From positions 32,001 to 96,000 of IMG/VR virus record IMGVR_UViG_3300010399_000002: 64,000 nt of DNA. One strand, written 5' to 3'. Below, piece by piece: positions 36,665 through 46,704 of this stretch; within the stretch, counting starts at the first letter, position 1, and each line of letters begins with the position of its first letter. Made by a program: the position numbers and the translations under genes. A model generated the notes under the pieces. It ran no database searches, was not told the origin of the DNA, and saw nothing but the letters and a program-made list of their open reading frames with translations. This stretch comes from a virus.

Positions 36665-37984
36665 TCAGATGCAAACATTTCCTTGGCCTCCATCTACACC
36701 GTTGCCTGACGATAGCACTGGGTCTTGCCAATAGTACGGCCAATACGCATGAACCTTGGTCGTGGAATTGTAGGCACCACCACCGCGAGCAAAGAAGATT
36801 CCTATACCGCCACCTTGGGCTGGCCCACCGGTGCACTGTAGAATATGATCGCCTGAACCGGTGGCATCCACAATAACCGCGGGAGTACCCCAAGCTGCGG
36901 CACTGTACTTACTGTAAGAAATCTCTAACGCCTTAACTCCGGCACCTTGTGTACGATTCTGTCCCCAAATCACATAAGGGTTTCCTGCGTCATCGGTATC
37001 TGCCTCTGTGTTGCGAACTCCATTCGCTACTGTATTGACGACAGTAGCAACTGTCTGGGTTGTCCATGTAGGAACATCTGCTGACGTTGCACGCAAGACC
37101 TTGACGTAGTCAGTCTTGAACGGAGACGGATTGCCAGCAATGAGTCCGTACGGATAGAAAATCTCGGTTCCAACCATTTTGGGTCTGCCTTCAGCTGCAA
37201 AACCCAAACCGTCAAGCCCTAACTGTGTCTCGTCTAAAATCAATTGTGCTGTCTGAAGTACATCGCTGCTGTCCAGCGTTCGATGCAACACACCACTGTG
37301 GCCTGCTGCTGTTAACTTGCCATCGAATGTAAAATGTGTACGTCCACTTGCACCGGCCAAAGCGAATCCGGTATTAAAGTCTATTGCCAACCCTGTACCG
37401 TACACATGAGCGCCAGTACCCCACGTACCACCATCCGTACACGATACCCAAGACACCCGATTACGTGGAACTGCAGAAACGACTTCATCTGCGGACTGAT
37501 AGATAACGATGAACTTGCTATCTGCTGCCCTCCATGCCATATCGAAACTAAGTAAAAAATTGGTGGACAGTGCTGCCCCGATGGTGGTGTAGTCTGGACC
37601 GTTAGGACGGTTCGTTGACCACGCCTCTGCGAGCATATCGAACGTTGTAATCGTCAACCTCTTGTTTGAAGCAACATACAAAACGCCAATCTCATCGCCA
37701 TTGGCTGCACACGCGATAGAGGACCAACCAAATGAAGCTGAAGCGTCACCGGAGGCGTAGACTGTTGGATGACCGGCAGAATCTACCTCGGCCCACGTAA
37801 CTCCAAAATCTGTACTCTTCCAACACTCTACGGTGTTGCCAACTGGATCTACGAAAAAAGCGAAATAGTTTAAGCCTTTGCGGAAAAAGTAGTACCCGGG
37901 ATTGTACGTAGCAAACGAACTGTTGCTGTGCCCATCTCCTATACGGATAACCTGCGCCGGATCTACAATGTAAGGATATGCCAT
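36665..37984 (-). CDS. Putative tail tip / receptor-binding protein (beta-rich, Asp-box-like)
   Basis: Last gene of the tail module; KSTDFGVTW and CTDGGTW BNR-like motifs. Confidence 0.6.
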   Translation of the reverse strand: MAYPYIVDPAQVIRIGDGHSNSSFATYNPGYYFFRKGLNYFAFFVDPVGNTVECWKSTDFGVTWAEVDSAGHPTVYASGDASASFGWSSIACAANGDEIGVLYVASNKRLTITTFDMLAEAWSTNRPNGPDYTTIGAALSTNFLLSFDMAWRAADSKFIVIYQSADEVVSAVPRNRVSWVSCTDGGTWGTGAHVYGTGLAIDFNTGFALAGASGRTHFTFDGKLTAAGHSGVLHRTLDSSDVLQTAQLILDETQLGLDGLGFAAEGRPKMVGTEIFYPYGLIAGNPSPFKTDYVKVLRATSADVPTWTTQTVATVVNTVANGVRNTEADTDDAGNPYVIWGQNRTQGAGVKALEISYSKYSAAAWGTPAVIVDATGSGDHILQCTGGPAQGGGIGIFFARGGGAYNSTTKVHAYWPYYWQDPVLSSGNGVDGGQGNVCI

Positions 37985-37986
37985 AA

Positions 37987-39744
37987 CTACCTATACTTCA
38001 CAGTGATCTGCACGTTGGAAGCTCCACCTGGTTCGATGACATCCAACTCGAGGAAATCTCGCTTCTCAAAGAACGGCGTCGGACTCGGATAGGATGGATC
38101 GTTGCTGCGCTGTTCTCCGGCTGGAATAACAAGAGCCTGCGATGGTGAAGCATCAACAAAAATGTAATCACCTGGCTCGGCTGGTGAAGATCCGGTCTGT
38201 TTAATAAGCCGCACCTGAATGATGCAATCCGTTATTGGCTCGCCGTCTCTTGTACTGGCAAACGCCTCGAACGGTATGCCGTCTCGCAAAACCTCATGGT
38301 GGTTCGTAGCATTGTCACCTGCGACCAACGCACCACGAATGTGCCAAACGGCTTTTTCGTAGTCGGTAGTGTTGGCGTCGTCTTCACCTGTACCAGCCTC
38401 TCCATCTGGTGGACCTATACGGGCCATCTCGATGAGGCGCTCGATCAGACCTGATGGTTGACCGAAAGGCTCTACTGACGTGCAACGTACGGATTGTTCA
38501 AAGTAGCCCGCTGTACCTGGCTCTCCTTTTTTCCAATCGTAGTCTACACCTTCGATTGAAAAATTGCCGTTGAGATTATGAATAGGACGTACGATGGAAA
38601 CACTCTGTCCTGGTTCTGCGGTCGCGTTCTTAAGTTTGAACCGAATACGGGCTGCGTTGTTTCCAAATTGACGCAAGCGTCCAATGGCTAAAGCCAATAA
38701 AGCTGCTGGACTACCGACGTTACGTTGCTCTTCGATTGCTTCAACTATTCCGGACCCACCGGAAAGTATAGCTCGTGCAGCCTGTTCCACATAATCGTTT
38801 GCCGTAACTACAGACTGCGAAAACACTCCGCGATACTGGATCTCTTCTACGTCGTTTACAACCGGTGTGTAGTCTAATGCAAAAACACCTTGCCCGCCCG
38901 GAAAGTAGTAGAAGTCGTAACCTGATGTTGGAATGGTTGAACCGTCGTACGGATTCACAGCAATGAACGTTCTCGGACTCCCGTTGATCTTGACATAGAT
39001 GAGTTCTTGAATCGTGGCTTCGGATGGAACGGTAGTATCTGTTACCTCATCTAGTACATACGACTCCGTGAGCTTTCTATTGATACCGCCTTCTGTGCGC
39101 TCGTGCTGACGATTACGGTAATCTTCATCACTGTACTCAACTTCGAAGTCTGACCAATTGTCTGACGTGTTTGTTATCTCAAACGTTGCTGGCTCTGATG
39201 TGAACTGACCAAAGTGGAAATCTCGATAGAAATCTATACTGAAGAAAAATCCGGTAATGGTGGCAAGACGCCTAAACACGCTGTCCGCAGTCTCATAATA
39301 GAAACGCAACGGTTCTGAAATGATTGGTCCGGGATTCGTAACATGGTTGAGTGTAATGTTCTCGCCCGCCAGAAACTGCGACACGATGGTACTGACGATA
39401 GCGTAAAGAGACAATCCCGCCTGTATGTCTGTCGTGACCATCCGATCAGACAGAATATGATTGTAGTCCCCGGCCTCAATCCCAAACTGAAGCACTGAAC
39501 TGCGAGGATAGGATCGAGCTATGACTCGGCGAATGTGACCGGCAAACAGTCTTATAACTGGACTGCTGCCGTCATCGAGCTCGATTACTAAGGTAGAACC
39601 CTTAGCCGGCGTGTAGCCGCGGCCTTGATCTTCAAGAGTTCCGGTAAACCTGGCAGGACCGTTAACCGCACGACTGATTCGACCGCTGTCGATCTTTAGC
39701 CATTCTGTCCGATCAACACCGGCAATAGTTAAAGTAATAGGCAC
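37987..39744 (-). CDS. Tail tip / hub protein
   Basis: Immediately follows the tape measure gene; LTIAGVD..F.G.I..LA..TG..F.ID...FHF. Confidence 0.7.
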   Translation of the reverse strand: MPITLTIAGVDRTEWLKIDSGRISRAVNGPARFTGTLEDQGRGYTPAKGSTLVIELDDGSSPVIRLFAGHIRRVIARSYPRSSVLQFGIEAGDYNHILSDRMVTTDIQAGLSLYAIVSTIVSQFLAGENITLNHVTNPGPIISEPLRFYYETADSVFRRLATITGFFFSIDFYRDFHFGQFTSEPATFEITNTSDNWSDFEVEYSDEDYRNRQHERTEGGINRKLTESYVLDEVTDTTVPSEATIQELIYVKINGSPRTFIAVNPYDGSTIPTSGYDFYYFPGGQGVFALDYTPVVNDVEEIQYRGVFSQSVVTANDYVEQAARAILSGGSGIVEAIEEQRNVGSPAALLALAIGRLRQFGNNAARIRFKLKNATAEPGQSVSIVRPIHNLNGNFSIEGVDYDWKKGEPGTAGYFEQSVRCTSVEPFGQPSGLIERLIEMARIGPPDGEAGTGEDDANTTDYEKAVWHIRGALVAGDNATNHHEVLRDGIPFEAFASTRDGEPITDCIIQVRLIKQTGSSPAEPGDYIFVDASPSQALVIPAGEQRSNDPSYPSPTPFFEKRDFLELDVIEPGGASNVQITVKYR

Positions 39745-42700
39745 TCAGAAGACCTTCCCACCTTTTTCTTTGATCTGACGAATAAAGTCCGCTAGAAGTG
39801 TCTTGGCAAACTCGGCATCCCTGGTCGTCATGTTCTGGAAGATAAATGGACCGAGTGGGCGGTCGGCAGCTGAATCGACGGACTCGTGGATACCGCGCAA
39901 CTCTGTAGTCATTGTTGTGATGCCTACTACAAGTGGATCGAGAAGAACTTTTTGTGAAGACGTATACGCTTCGGCTAAGGCCTCTGGATCGATATGCGGA
40001 CGCAGCCCAGAAAAAATCTCATAGAAGCCGCGTAGGGTATTGCTACCCTGCATTCCTCCACCGAGATCTTCATCTGGAAATGGTCCTGGTCTTGATCTGA
40101 ATGGCAAAGGTCTCGATGGTAGTAAATCACCACCGCCACGAGAGCGACTTGGTGGATTAAACAAGAGCTGTGGCAGACTGGATGGTACCAAAACCGCGCC
40201 TGCTGCTGCGGACGGAACCTGTGAACCTGTTCCTACAAGCGAACCGCGCAATGCGTCAATGTGATCAAACAAGATCTCCATCTTCGATGTAAAGTAGTTG
40301 ATCAAAATATCGAACTTCTCCACTATACCCGTTCGTACGTAGTCCAACTTGTCGAACAACAACTCGAACTTTCCCCACAGCGTATTTTGTACACTATCGG
40401 TCTTCTCCATCGTCATCAGAAATCTGGCCCACTCATCGGTACGCAGATTGAACAGTTCTGCAAAAGTCTCGCGACTGGTCACCTCCATGCGGGCCAGATC
40501 TTTGCCCATACTGCGCATCTGAAAATTACCGATGATGCCAGACACAGCGGACACAGCGGAGCCTATAGCTCCAATGGTACCCATTATGCCTGCACTAGCA
40601 ATTCCACCTGCGACACCGGCACCTCCACCCATACCGGGCATACCACCGGGTATACTCGTACCCCATGGAGGCATCGGAATTGCACCTCCGACTGTACTTG
40701 CAGCGCTCCCACCTAAACCACTAAGCGCTCCCCGAATTGCATCTGAAATAGGCTTGAATGCATCCTTCGCCCAATCGATAATCATCTTGGCAAGTGGCTT
40801 GAACGCCTCTTCCAACATGATTCGCAGTATGCCGGTAGCCAAAGCTTCAAAAGCAGCCTTGCCTGCATCGACAACCCGATCCCACATGTTCTTGTGCTCG
40901 TCCTCAAGCTCCTTCATCTTCTTTTCGTTGTCCGCGACGTACTTATCGTAAGCGGCCAACTTATCTGCAAGAGCCTTTTGAAGATCCGCGAGTTCTTTTT
41001 CCTGTTGAGCTTTGTGCTTGGCTGTAATATCCTCCAACTTCTTTTCAGCTTCTGCACGATAGCGCTCCAAATCCTCAGTACGCTGTGTTAAACTGCGCTT
41101 GAGATCTTCTTCTTGCCTCCTTTGTGTCTCAGCATTAGACGTAATAGCTTCTTGCTCACGACGATGAATATCGGCTTGGTACTCGGCAAAGTCTGCTGCA
41201 CGGCGTCCTAATTCAGTATTGATGTCTGCAGTCTGTCGTTCTGCGTTCTGGCGAGCATTAGCTGCAGCCTCGTCTGCATCTTCTTGAATACGTTGCAAAG
41301 CGGTCTGATGGGCTGCGATGCGTTGCTCCAACTCACTCCGAAGACCGCGTGTCTCTTCTTCGTAGTCCTCTTGTATACGCCGAGTCGCCGTAGCATGGTC
41401 TTGCGTACGTTGTTGAAGCTGCGTACGGATCTCCGCTGCTCGTACAACATCGTGACGAGACTCTGCTTGACGCAACTCTTCACTTAGCCTTTGTCGGTCT
41501 CGAGTGTAATCCGTATTCGCATTGGCCAGCGCTCGAAGCCTCTTTTGCTCTGCCGACTGCATCTTCTCTTCATTGCTCTTTTTGTCCCGGGCGTAATCTG
41601 TATCTTCATCCGATCTGCGGCGATTAGCATTACGAGTCTGATCCGCCAGTGTCTCCGATAGATCTTCGCCTATACGTGCAAGCCTGGTATTCGCATCTTG
41701 CACGTACTCGCTATAGGCTTCAGCCCGATCTTCCAAACTACGACGCAGATCCTCTAGTTCTCCTGCCAGCTTTTCCGCACTGGTAGTACGGAGCTCGTCT
41801 AAACGGCGACCAATATCTTCAACGTAGCTGTCGTAGTCATGTACGCGTTCGGCAAAACTTGCACGTACATTGGCTTGCTCTTCTTCGACCGCTGCGGCAT
41901 GGGTGGCTGTGATCTCTTCTATACGTGCAGATGCCTCAGTAGCATACTCTTCCCAAGCACGAGTCTGTTCTTCGAGTGAACGGCGCAAATCTTCAACCTG
42001 TTTATCAAGACCGGCATTGTTGTTCTTAAAAATACTGATGAAAGCCTCAGCTACATTCTTGGCGAAGTCGCTAACAATGGTCGAAACCTGCTGACTCATC
42101 TTCTTGAAACTGTCCCCCCAAAAACCTGTAGACGTTGTGACCTTCTGTATCTTTTCATCTACCTTTTCAAGCTGGCCGTTGATTACCTTCAACTCTTCGA
42201 ATTGATTTTTGAACTCAGGACCTTTGGTCTGGCCGAGCTGTATCATGATACTAAGATTGTCTTTTAAGATCCTCTGTCGCATACGCAACATATCGATCTC
42301 TTGAAGCTGACTACCGGTATGAAACCTGGATTCGATGGCTGCGGCGTAGGCCTTTTCCAACTCGATGAGCTTCGTCTGCTGTTCTATAATTGTAGACAAA
42401 CCAAATGCTGCCGCCGCCCTGGAACCTTGGTTCATCAAATCTGAATAGGCATTCTTAGCTGCGCCAAAATCTGAAATCAACGCCTTTACAGTTATGGCCA
42501 TACCCGTGAAAGGATCATTGAAAGTGAATGGAACTCCGAGCGATTGCCTCAAACCGTCTGTTGCTGCACGCAGAGTCTCTACATCGTTCAACATGGGTAC
42601 TTCATCACGTGAGCTGTAAAACTCATCGAGCATATCGACTATGCCGCGACGTACTTCTTGCATGGTCTTGTTGAGTGGCGCTACGTTTGCTAGAACCCCC

Positions 42701-44772
42701 AAGCGAATTATCTCCCCTGCATCCTGCATGGCCTTAGCCAAATCTGCAACACTGACCTGAGACTCCTTTAACTGCTTAGTGAACTCTTCCGTCTTCAACT
42801 TCTTCATCTCTTCTTCGAACTTCTGAACATCGTTGGTCAGCTTCTTCCAATCAGATGATAACTGTTTGTTGACAGCCAGAGTTCTCTCAACACCTTCCTT
42901 GTTACTGTTCATCACATTGACGAGATTCTGCAAACGAGTAGCGTACTCTTGTAGGTTCTCGTTTGCTCCTTGTTCGAGTAGCTCTGGTAGAACCCCTCGA
43001 TTCGCCAATACAGCCTGGAGCATGTCCACTTTTTCAAGTAGTGCCTCGACAGACTCCTTGGCGGAACCTACGCCGTCTGCCATGGCCTTCCAAGACTGAG
43101 CTGCGCCTAATTCGGCTACGGCCTTAGCCATCTTTTCTAACTCGGCTTTTGTCAACTCTGTTGGGCGAAGCAACGAAACTACTGCATCCTTCGCACCTAC
43201 TGTAGCCTGAGTGGCCTTCGACAAAGCTAAACCGGCCTCCTTACCTAAATTCTGCCAAGGCAGCACTCCTTCTGCGGCACGCTTCTTTAACTCTTCCATT
43301 GCTGCCCGCTGTTGTGTCAACTGAGCCTGCATTTGTGCATTTGCGGCCTTACTAGCCTGTGCTATGGTTCCTAAAGTATCGTAATAAGCGGCTGCGTCTT
43401 TTTGTGCTTGCTTGATAGCTTCTGGATCGACGCTCGGAACCAGTATTGATCCTCCTTTCTGGTCCTTAGCCAGCGACAACTTTACCTTGTTGAACAGTTC
43501 TGCTGTATCGGAAGCCTCAGCTTCGAACTCGGCCAAACGCTTAATGTAATCCGGCCAAGACTCGTCTGCGCCGATGCGTAACTGATCATTCAGATCTTTG
43601 ATCCCAGACTTCAATTCAATAGAAGCTGTAATAGCTTGTGCAGCATCGAACTGAGCCACGGTGGCTTCAAATTCTTGCTGCTGTTGCCATGCTGACTGTA
43701 TGGCTGTAGCTAAACCAACAAGTCCTACTACAGCCAAACCAACTGGTCCATTCATAGCTGCTAATGCTGGCCCGAAGCTGCTTACAACGCTAACGAGCTT
43801 ACCTACACCTAACGCTACTGGACCGGCAGCGACGGCTACCAAACCAAAAGAAGTAGCAAGAGACTTCACGTGGTCTGGCAACTCAGAGAATGACTTTACT
43901 AACTCGCCTAGACCAGTACCGATCTTCATCACCTGTTCCAACCACTTGTTAACAGTTGGAGTAAGTGCTGTCCCCAAATCGGTCAGAATGAACGTCATCT
44001 TGTCCTGGAAGTTGGACCAGACACCTAACAAGGTCTCGGACTGTCTACCCATCAGTTGTCCGAAATCCCTATCCATGGCTGCGACAAGAACATTCACGGC
44101 ACCAACACCGTCGACCATTCCTTTAGAAGCAATCTTCATGGCTTCACCGGTTGTTACAATCTTACCGGTAGCCTGACCGATTGCGTCGGCAAGGTATTTC
44201 CATGCAGGAATGCCGGCCTCGGCTAACTGCATCATCTCCTCAGCAGAGACTTTGCCTTTAGCACGCATTTGACCCAAGGCCAGAGTGATTCGATCAATAC
44301 CTTCTTGACCCCGACCTAGAGCTGCAGCAGCACCACCGACAGCCTGAAGTGTTGGTATGATCTCCTTTGCAGCGAAACCTAAAGCGAGCAACCGCTGCGC
44401 GGAACTTACAAGACCGGGGAACTCGAAGGGAGTCTTGGCTGCAAAGTCCCGCAACTCTCCGATAAAGTCTTTAGCGGCTTCGGCAGAGTGCAGCATTGTC
44501 TCGAAGCCGATCATAGCCTGTTGGAGCTTGCCGGCAGTAGTCATAGCCGCAGCACCCAATGCTAAAAGCGGAGCACTGAATGCAACGGACATTGTACCGC
44601 CGACAGAGGCAAACGACGAACCCAACTTGGCAACTTTATCGTCTAGCTGTTTGACGGCCTGATCTGTTTGACCGACACTCTTATTCAGACCGGCCAGAGC
44701 CCTCTCAACGTCTCCGGCATTTAAGCCGCGAGCGTCTAACTCCAACATCAACGTGAGAGTATCTAGAGTCAT
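39745..44772 (-). CDS. Tail tape measure protein
   Basis: 1675 aa; FETML.SAE.A..FI.EL.DFAAKTPFEF..QM.AKGKV..EEM.QLAE.GIP N-terminal domain; long coiled coils. Confidence 0.95.
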   Translation of the reverse strand: MTLDTLTLMLELDARGLNAGDVERALAGLNKSVGQTDQAVKQLDDKVAKLGSSFASVGGTMSVAFSAPLLALGAAAMTTAGKLQQAMIGFETMLHSAEAAKDFIGELRDFAAKTPFEFPGLVSSAQRLLALGFAAKEIIPTLQAVGGAAAALGRGQEGIDRITLALGQMRAKGKVSAEEMMQLAEAGIPAWKYLADAIGQATGKIVTTGEAMKIASKGMVDGVGAVNVLVAAMDRDFGQLMGRQSETLLGVWSNFQDKMTFILTDLGTALTPTVNKWLEQVMKIGTGLGELVKSFSELPDHVKSLATSFGLVAVAAGPVALGVGKLVSVVSSFGPALAAMNGPVGLAVVGLVGLATAIQSAWQQQQEFEATVAQFDAAQAITASIELKSGIKDLNDQLRIGADESWPDYIKRLAEFEAEASDTAELFNKVKLSLAKDQKGGSILVPSVDPEAIKQAQKDAAAYYDTLGTIAQASKAANAQMQAQLTQQRAAMEELKKRAAEGVLPWQNLGKEAGLALSKATQATVGAKDAVVSLLRPTELTKAELEKMAKAVAELGAAQSWKAMADGVGSAKESVEALLEKVDMLQAVLANRGVLPELLEQGANENLQEYATRLQNLVNVMNSNKEGVERTLAVNKQLSSDWKKLTNDVQKFEEEMKKLKTEEFTKQLKESQVSVADLAKAMQDAGEIIRLGVLANVAPLNKTMQEVRRGIVDMLDEFYSSRDEVPMLNDVETLRAATDGLRQSLGVPFTFNDPFTGMAITVKALISDFGAAKNAYSDLMNQGSRAAAAFGLSTIIEQQTKLIELEKAYAAAIESRFHTGSQLQEIDMLRMRQRILKDNLSIMIQLGQTKGPEFKNQFEELKVINGQLEKVDEKIQKVTTSTGFWGDSFKKMSQQVSTIVSDFAKNVAEAFISIFKNNNAGLDKQVEDLRRSLEEQTRAWEEYATEASARIEEITATHAAAVEEEQANVRASFAERVHDYDSYVEDIGRRLDELRTTSAEKLAGELEDLRRSLEDRAEAYSEYVQDANTRLARIGEDLSETLADQTRNANRRRSDEDTDYARDKKSNEEKMQSAEQKRLRALANANTDYTRDRQRLSEELRQAESRHDVVRAAEIRTQLQQRTQDHATATRRIQEDYEEETRGLRSELEQRIAAHQTALQRIQEDADEAAANARQNAERQTADINTELGRRAADFAEYQADIHRREQEAITSNAETQRRQEEDLKRSLTQRTEDLERYRAEAEKKLEDITAKHKAQQEKELADLQKALADKLAAYDKYVADNEKKMKELEDEHKNMWDRVVDAGKAAFEALATGILRIMLEEAFKPLAKMIIDWAKDAFKPISDAIRGALSGLGGSAASTVGGAIPMPPWGTSIPGGMPGMGGGAGVAGGIASAGIMGTIGAIGSAVSAVSGIIGNFQMRSMGKDLARMEVTSRETFAELFNLRTDEWARFLMTMEKTDSVQNTLWGKFELLFDKLDYVRTGIVEKFDILINYFTSKMEILFDHIDALRGSLVGTGSQVPSAAAGAVLVPSSLPQLLFNPPSRSRGGGDLLPSRPLPFRSRPGPFPDEDLGGGMQGSNTLRGFYEIFSGLRPHIDPEALAEAYTSSQKVLLDPLVVGITTMTTELRGIHESVDSAADRPLGPFIFQNMTTRDAEFAKTLLADFIRQIKEKGGKVF

Positions 44773-45120
44773 CTAGTGGGCTCCGAGCATTGCACTCGTA
44801 ACAGCGAACGAACGTCCTGGATCTATTTCTTCTTCAGATTGCTCTACCTTCAACGTGGGATACACCTGATCTAGTGCTAACTGCGCACCTTTTTTCATGT
44901 GTGGAACAAGTAACCAGCGTACCGCCGTCGCAAACCTCTGATCCTGACTCAAACCAGATTCCTTGTAACGACGGAGCAACCAGGCCACCTTGCGGAGTGT
45001 CAGACGACGGAAATCGTCTTCGGCAAGGCCGTTAGAAGCACACAGCGACCAAATACTCAGGCACCAGGAAGCTCGACTAGCACGGGCCCCTGGTCCTGCA
45101 CTGTAGGGTCCGCTACGGAC
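44773..45120 (-). CDS. Tail assembly chaperone, frameshifted (T) segment
   Basis: The -1 frame is open from 45120 and reads ..IWSLCASNGLAEDDFRRLTLRKVAWLL.. up to the TMP start. Confidence 0.7.
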   Translation of the reverse strand, partial: VRSGPYSAGPGARASRASWCLSIWSLCASNGLAEDDFRRLTLRKVAWLLRRYKESGLSQDQRFATAVRWLLVPHMKKGAQLALDQVYPTLKVEQSEEEIDPGRSFAVTSAMLGAH

Positions 45121-45566
45121 TCACCGCCTTTAGAGCCAATAGCATCGACCTCATCGGTAGTAGGTGCATCTTCTGACTGGACACCGGCCAGTGCCATCAT
45201 AAACGGCCACATGGTTTCGAGATCCAGCAACCTGCCGACCTGTTTGAGATCCAACTCGGGATGGTGATCGGACAAGGTTGAAAAAACCAGCGCTCTGAAC
45301 TCGCGCATGGGTATTTCTTTCAGAACGTTGAAAACCCGTTCCGCAAGAAGCTTCTTCTTCTCGTCGGGCTCCAACTTTGTTTCGTCGATGTCTTCCTTAC
45401 GAGCACGACGAAACGCGTCGAGGAGCCTGTACAGAGAATCGTAGAAGCTCCCCCCTTTCATTACTTCTTCATACGTCGCCCACGCATTGCCGTTGATGGC
45501 CAAAACGTAGGTACACCCGTTAACGATTACTTCTCTGGACGGGCGTAGTATATCTGATCGCGGCAC
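45057..45566 (-). CDS. Tail assembly chaperone (G)
   Basis: Between tail tube and TMP; overlapped by a -1 frame extension. Confidence 0.75.
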   Translation of the reverse strand: MPRSDILRPSREVIVNGCTYVLAINGNAWATYEEVMKGGSFYDSLYRLLDAFRRARKEDIDETKLEPDEKKKLLAERVFNVLKEIPMREFRALVFSTLSDHHPELDLKQVGRLLDLETMWPFMMALAGVQSEDAPTTDEVDAIGSKGGESVADPTVQDQGPVLVELPGA

Positions 45567-45590
45567 AATATCCCCTTTCTTTTTTGGATC

Positions 45591-46229
45591 CTAATGATAA
45601 AACTTAGCCCTGCAAACCACTCTCGCGATCTCCAAAGCTACTTGATCTGAATGGTGCTTGACCATATGGTTGGAAACACGAAGCAACTTGTAACCGGCGT
45701 CCTTGAGCCTCTTGGTACGAAGCACGTTGCGATCTGTCCCTACGCAATCGTCAACCTCCAACGCAACTTTGTACTCGTACAAATAAAAATCGACGATCAC
45801 TCCAACAAGTGGCACTTGAAACCTGTATCTTATATGCAACTCTTGGAGGATCTCTTTTGTCAGAGACTCTGATAGCGTTGGATTGCGTCTGTAAAATTTT
45901 GCTTGGGACCTGTCTAATCTAGCTTGGTGTTCTCTACTCTTTACCTTACCGCGATGCGCTGCACTCATCTTACGCTTAGACGCCGATGAATGCTTCTTAC
46001 CCAAATGCGCTGCACGCATCTTTTGTATGGATACAGCACTGTGTCTCTTGCCGAAAATGGCTTCGCTTAGCTTTTTCCTGGTAGCAGCTGAAACCACTTT
46101 TCCACGATGAGTCTCACTAATAGCTTTGCGATGCTCAACAGAAATCAACTTACCGCGATGCACTTCACTCATCTTGGCACGGTACTCGGGATTCTCCCAA
46201 CGCTTCTTTAACTCTCCGGATCTGTTCAC
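45591..46229 (-). CDS. NUMOD3-repeat + Vsr/DUF559-like endonuclease (HEG-like E)
   Basis: 17-aa (R/K)K(M/L/I)S..H.GK..S repeats; PTLSE..IRYRFQ..GVIVDFYLYEYKVALEVD..GYKLLR. Confidence 0.8.
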   Translation of the reverse strand: MNRSGELKKRWENPEYRAKMSEVHRGKLISVEHRKAISETHRGKVVSAATRKKLSEAIFGKRHSAVSIQKMRAAHLGKKHSSASKRKMSAAHRGKVKSREHQARLDRSQAKFYRRNPTLSESLTKEILQELHIRYRFQVPLVGVIVDFYLYEYKVALEVDDCVGTDRNVLRTKRLKDAGYKLLRVSNHMVKHHSDQVALEIARVVCRAKFYH

Positions 46230-46267
46230 ATTGGATTATACCGCATCTTTAGCCCCTTTCTACTACA

Positions 46268-46702
46268 TCATCCACCGTTTACGGCTGCAATGCTGTTGAA
46301 AATGCTGATTCCGACATTGACGCCTAAAACGTTATCGACAGGCGCGTCAAATTCGTGGCGCATCACTTGGCCTTCGAAAGTCAGGTTGCCTGCGGCACTC
46401 GGAAACAGTACCTGCATATCCCTGGTCAGAAGGTTGACCATCAGATACCACAACCCGGTAGCGAACGCGTGCAGAGCGTCGGCTGGATCATAGTTCATGG
46501 GGAACGTGATTTCACCTGGATCGATCAGGACGGCCAGCTTCTTTCTCCAGTACCCCAAAACCGAGTGCGTAGTAATGTCTACGATCTCGGCAGTGGTTGA
46601 TGGTCCGGAAATTGACCTCACTTCACCGACCGTGCTGTAAACTGGCGGGCTGGCCGTGCTCCCGATGCGGAACAGAGTGTTCTTTGCAGAAAAAATCGCC
46701 AT
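46268..46702 (-). CDS. Major tail tube protein
   Basis: VGEVRSISGP.TTAEIVDITTH..L.DPGEI.F.MNYDP..F.G.V. Confidence 0.88.
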   Translation of the reverse strand: MAIFSAKNTLFRIGSTASPPVYSTVGEVRSISGPSTTAEIVDITTHSVLGYWRKKLAVLIDPGEITFPMNYDPADALHAFATGLWYLMVNLLTRDMQVLFPSAAGNLTFEGQVMRHEFDAPVDNVLGVNVGISIFNSIAAVNGG

Positions 46703-46704
46703 GG

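Noticed and set aside
45572-46261. 9-bp cccctttct on both sides of HEG-like E as a target-site duplication
   Set aside because: Both copies are Shine-Dalgarno-like (AGAAAGGGG on the minus strand) and too short to distinguish from convergence.
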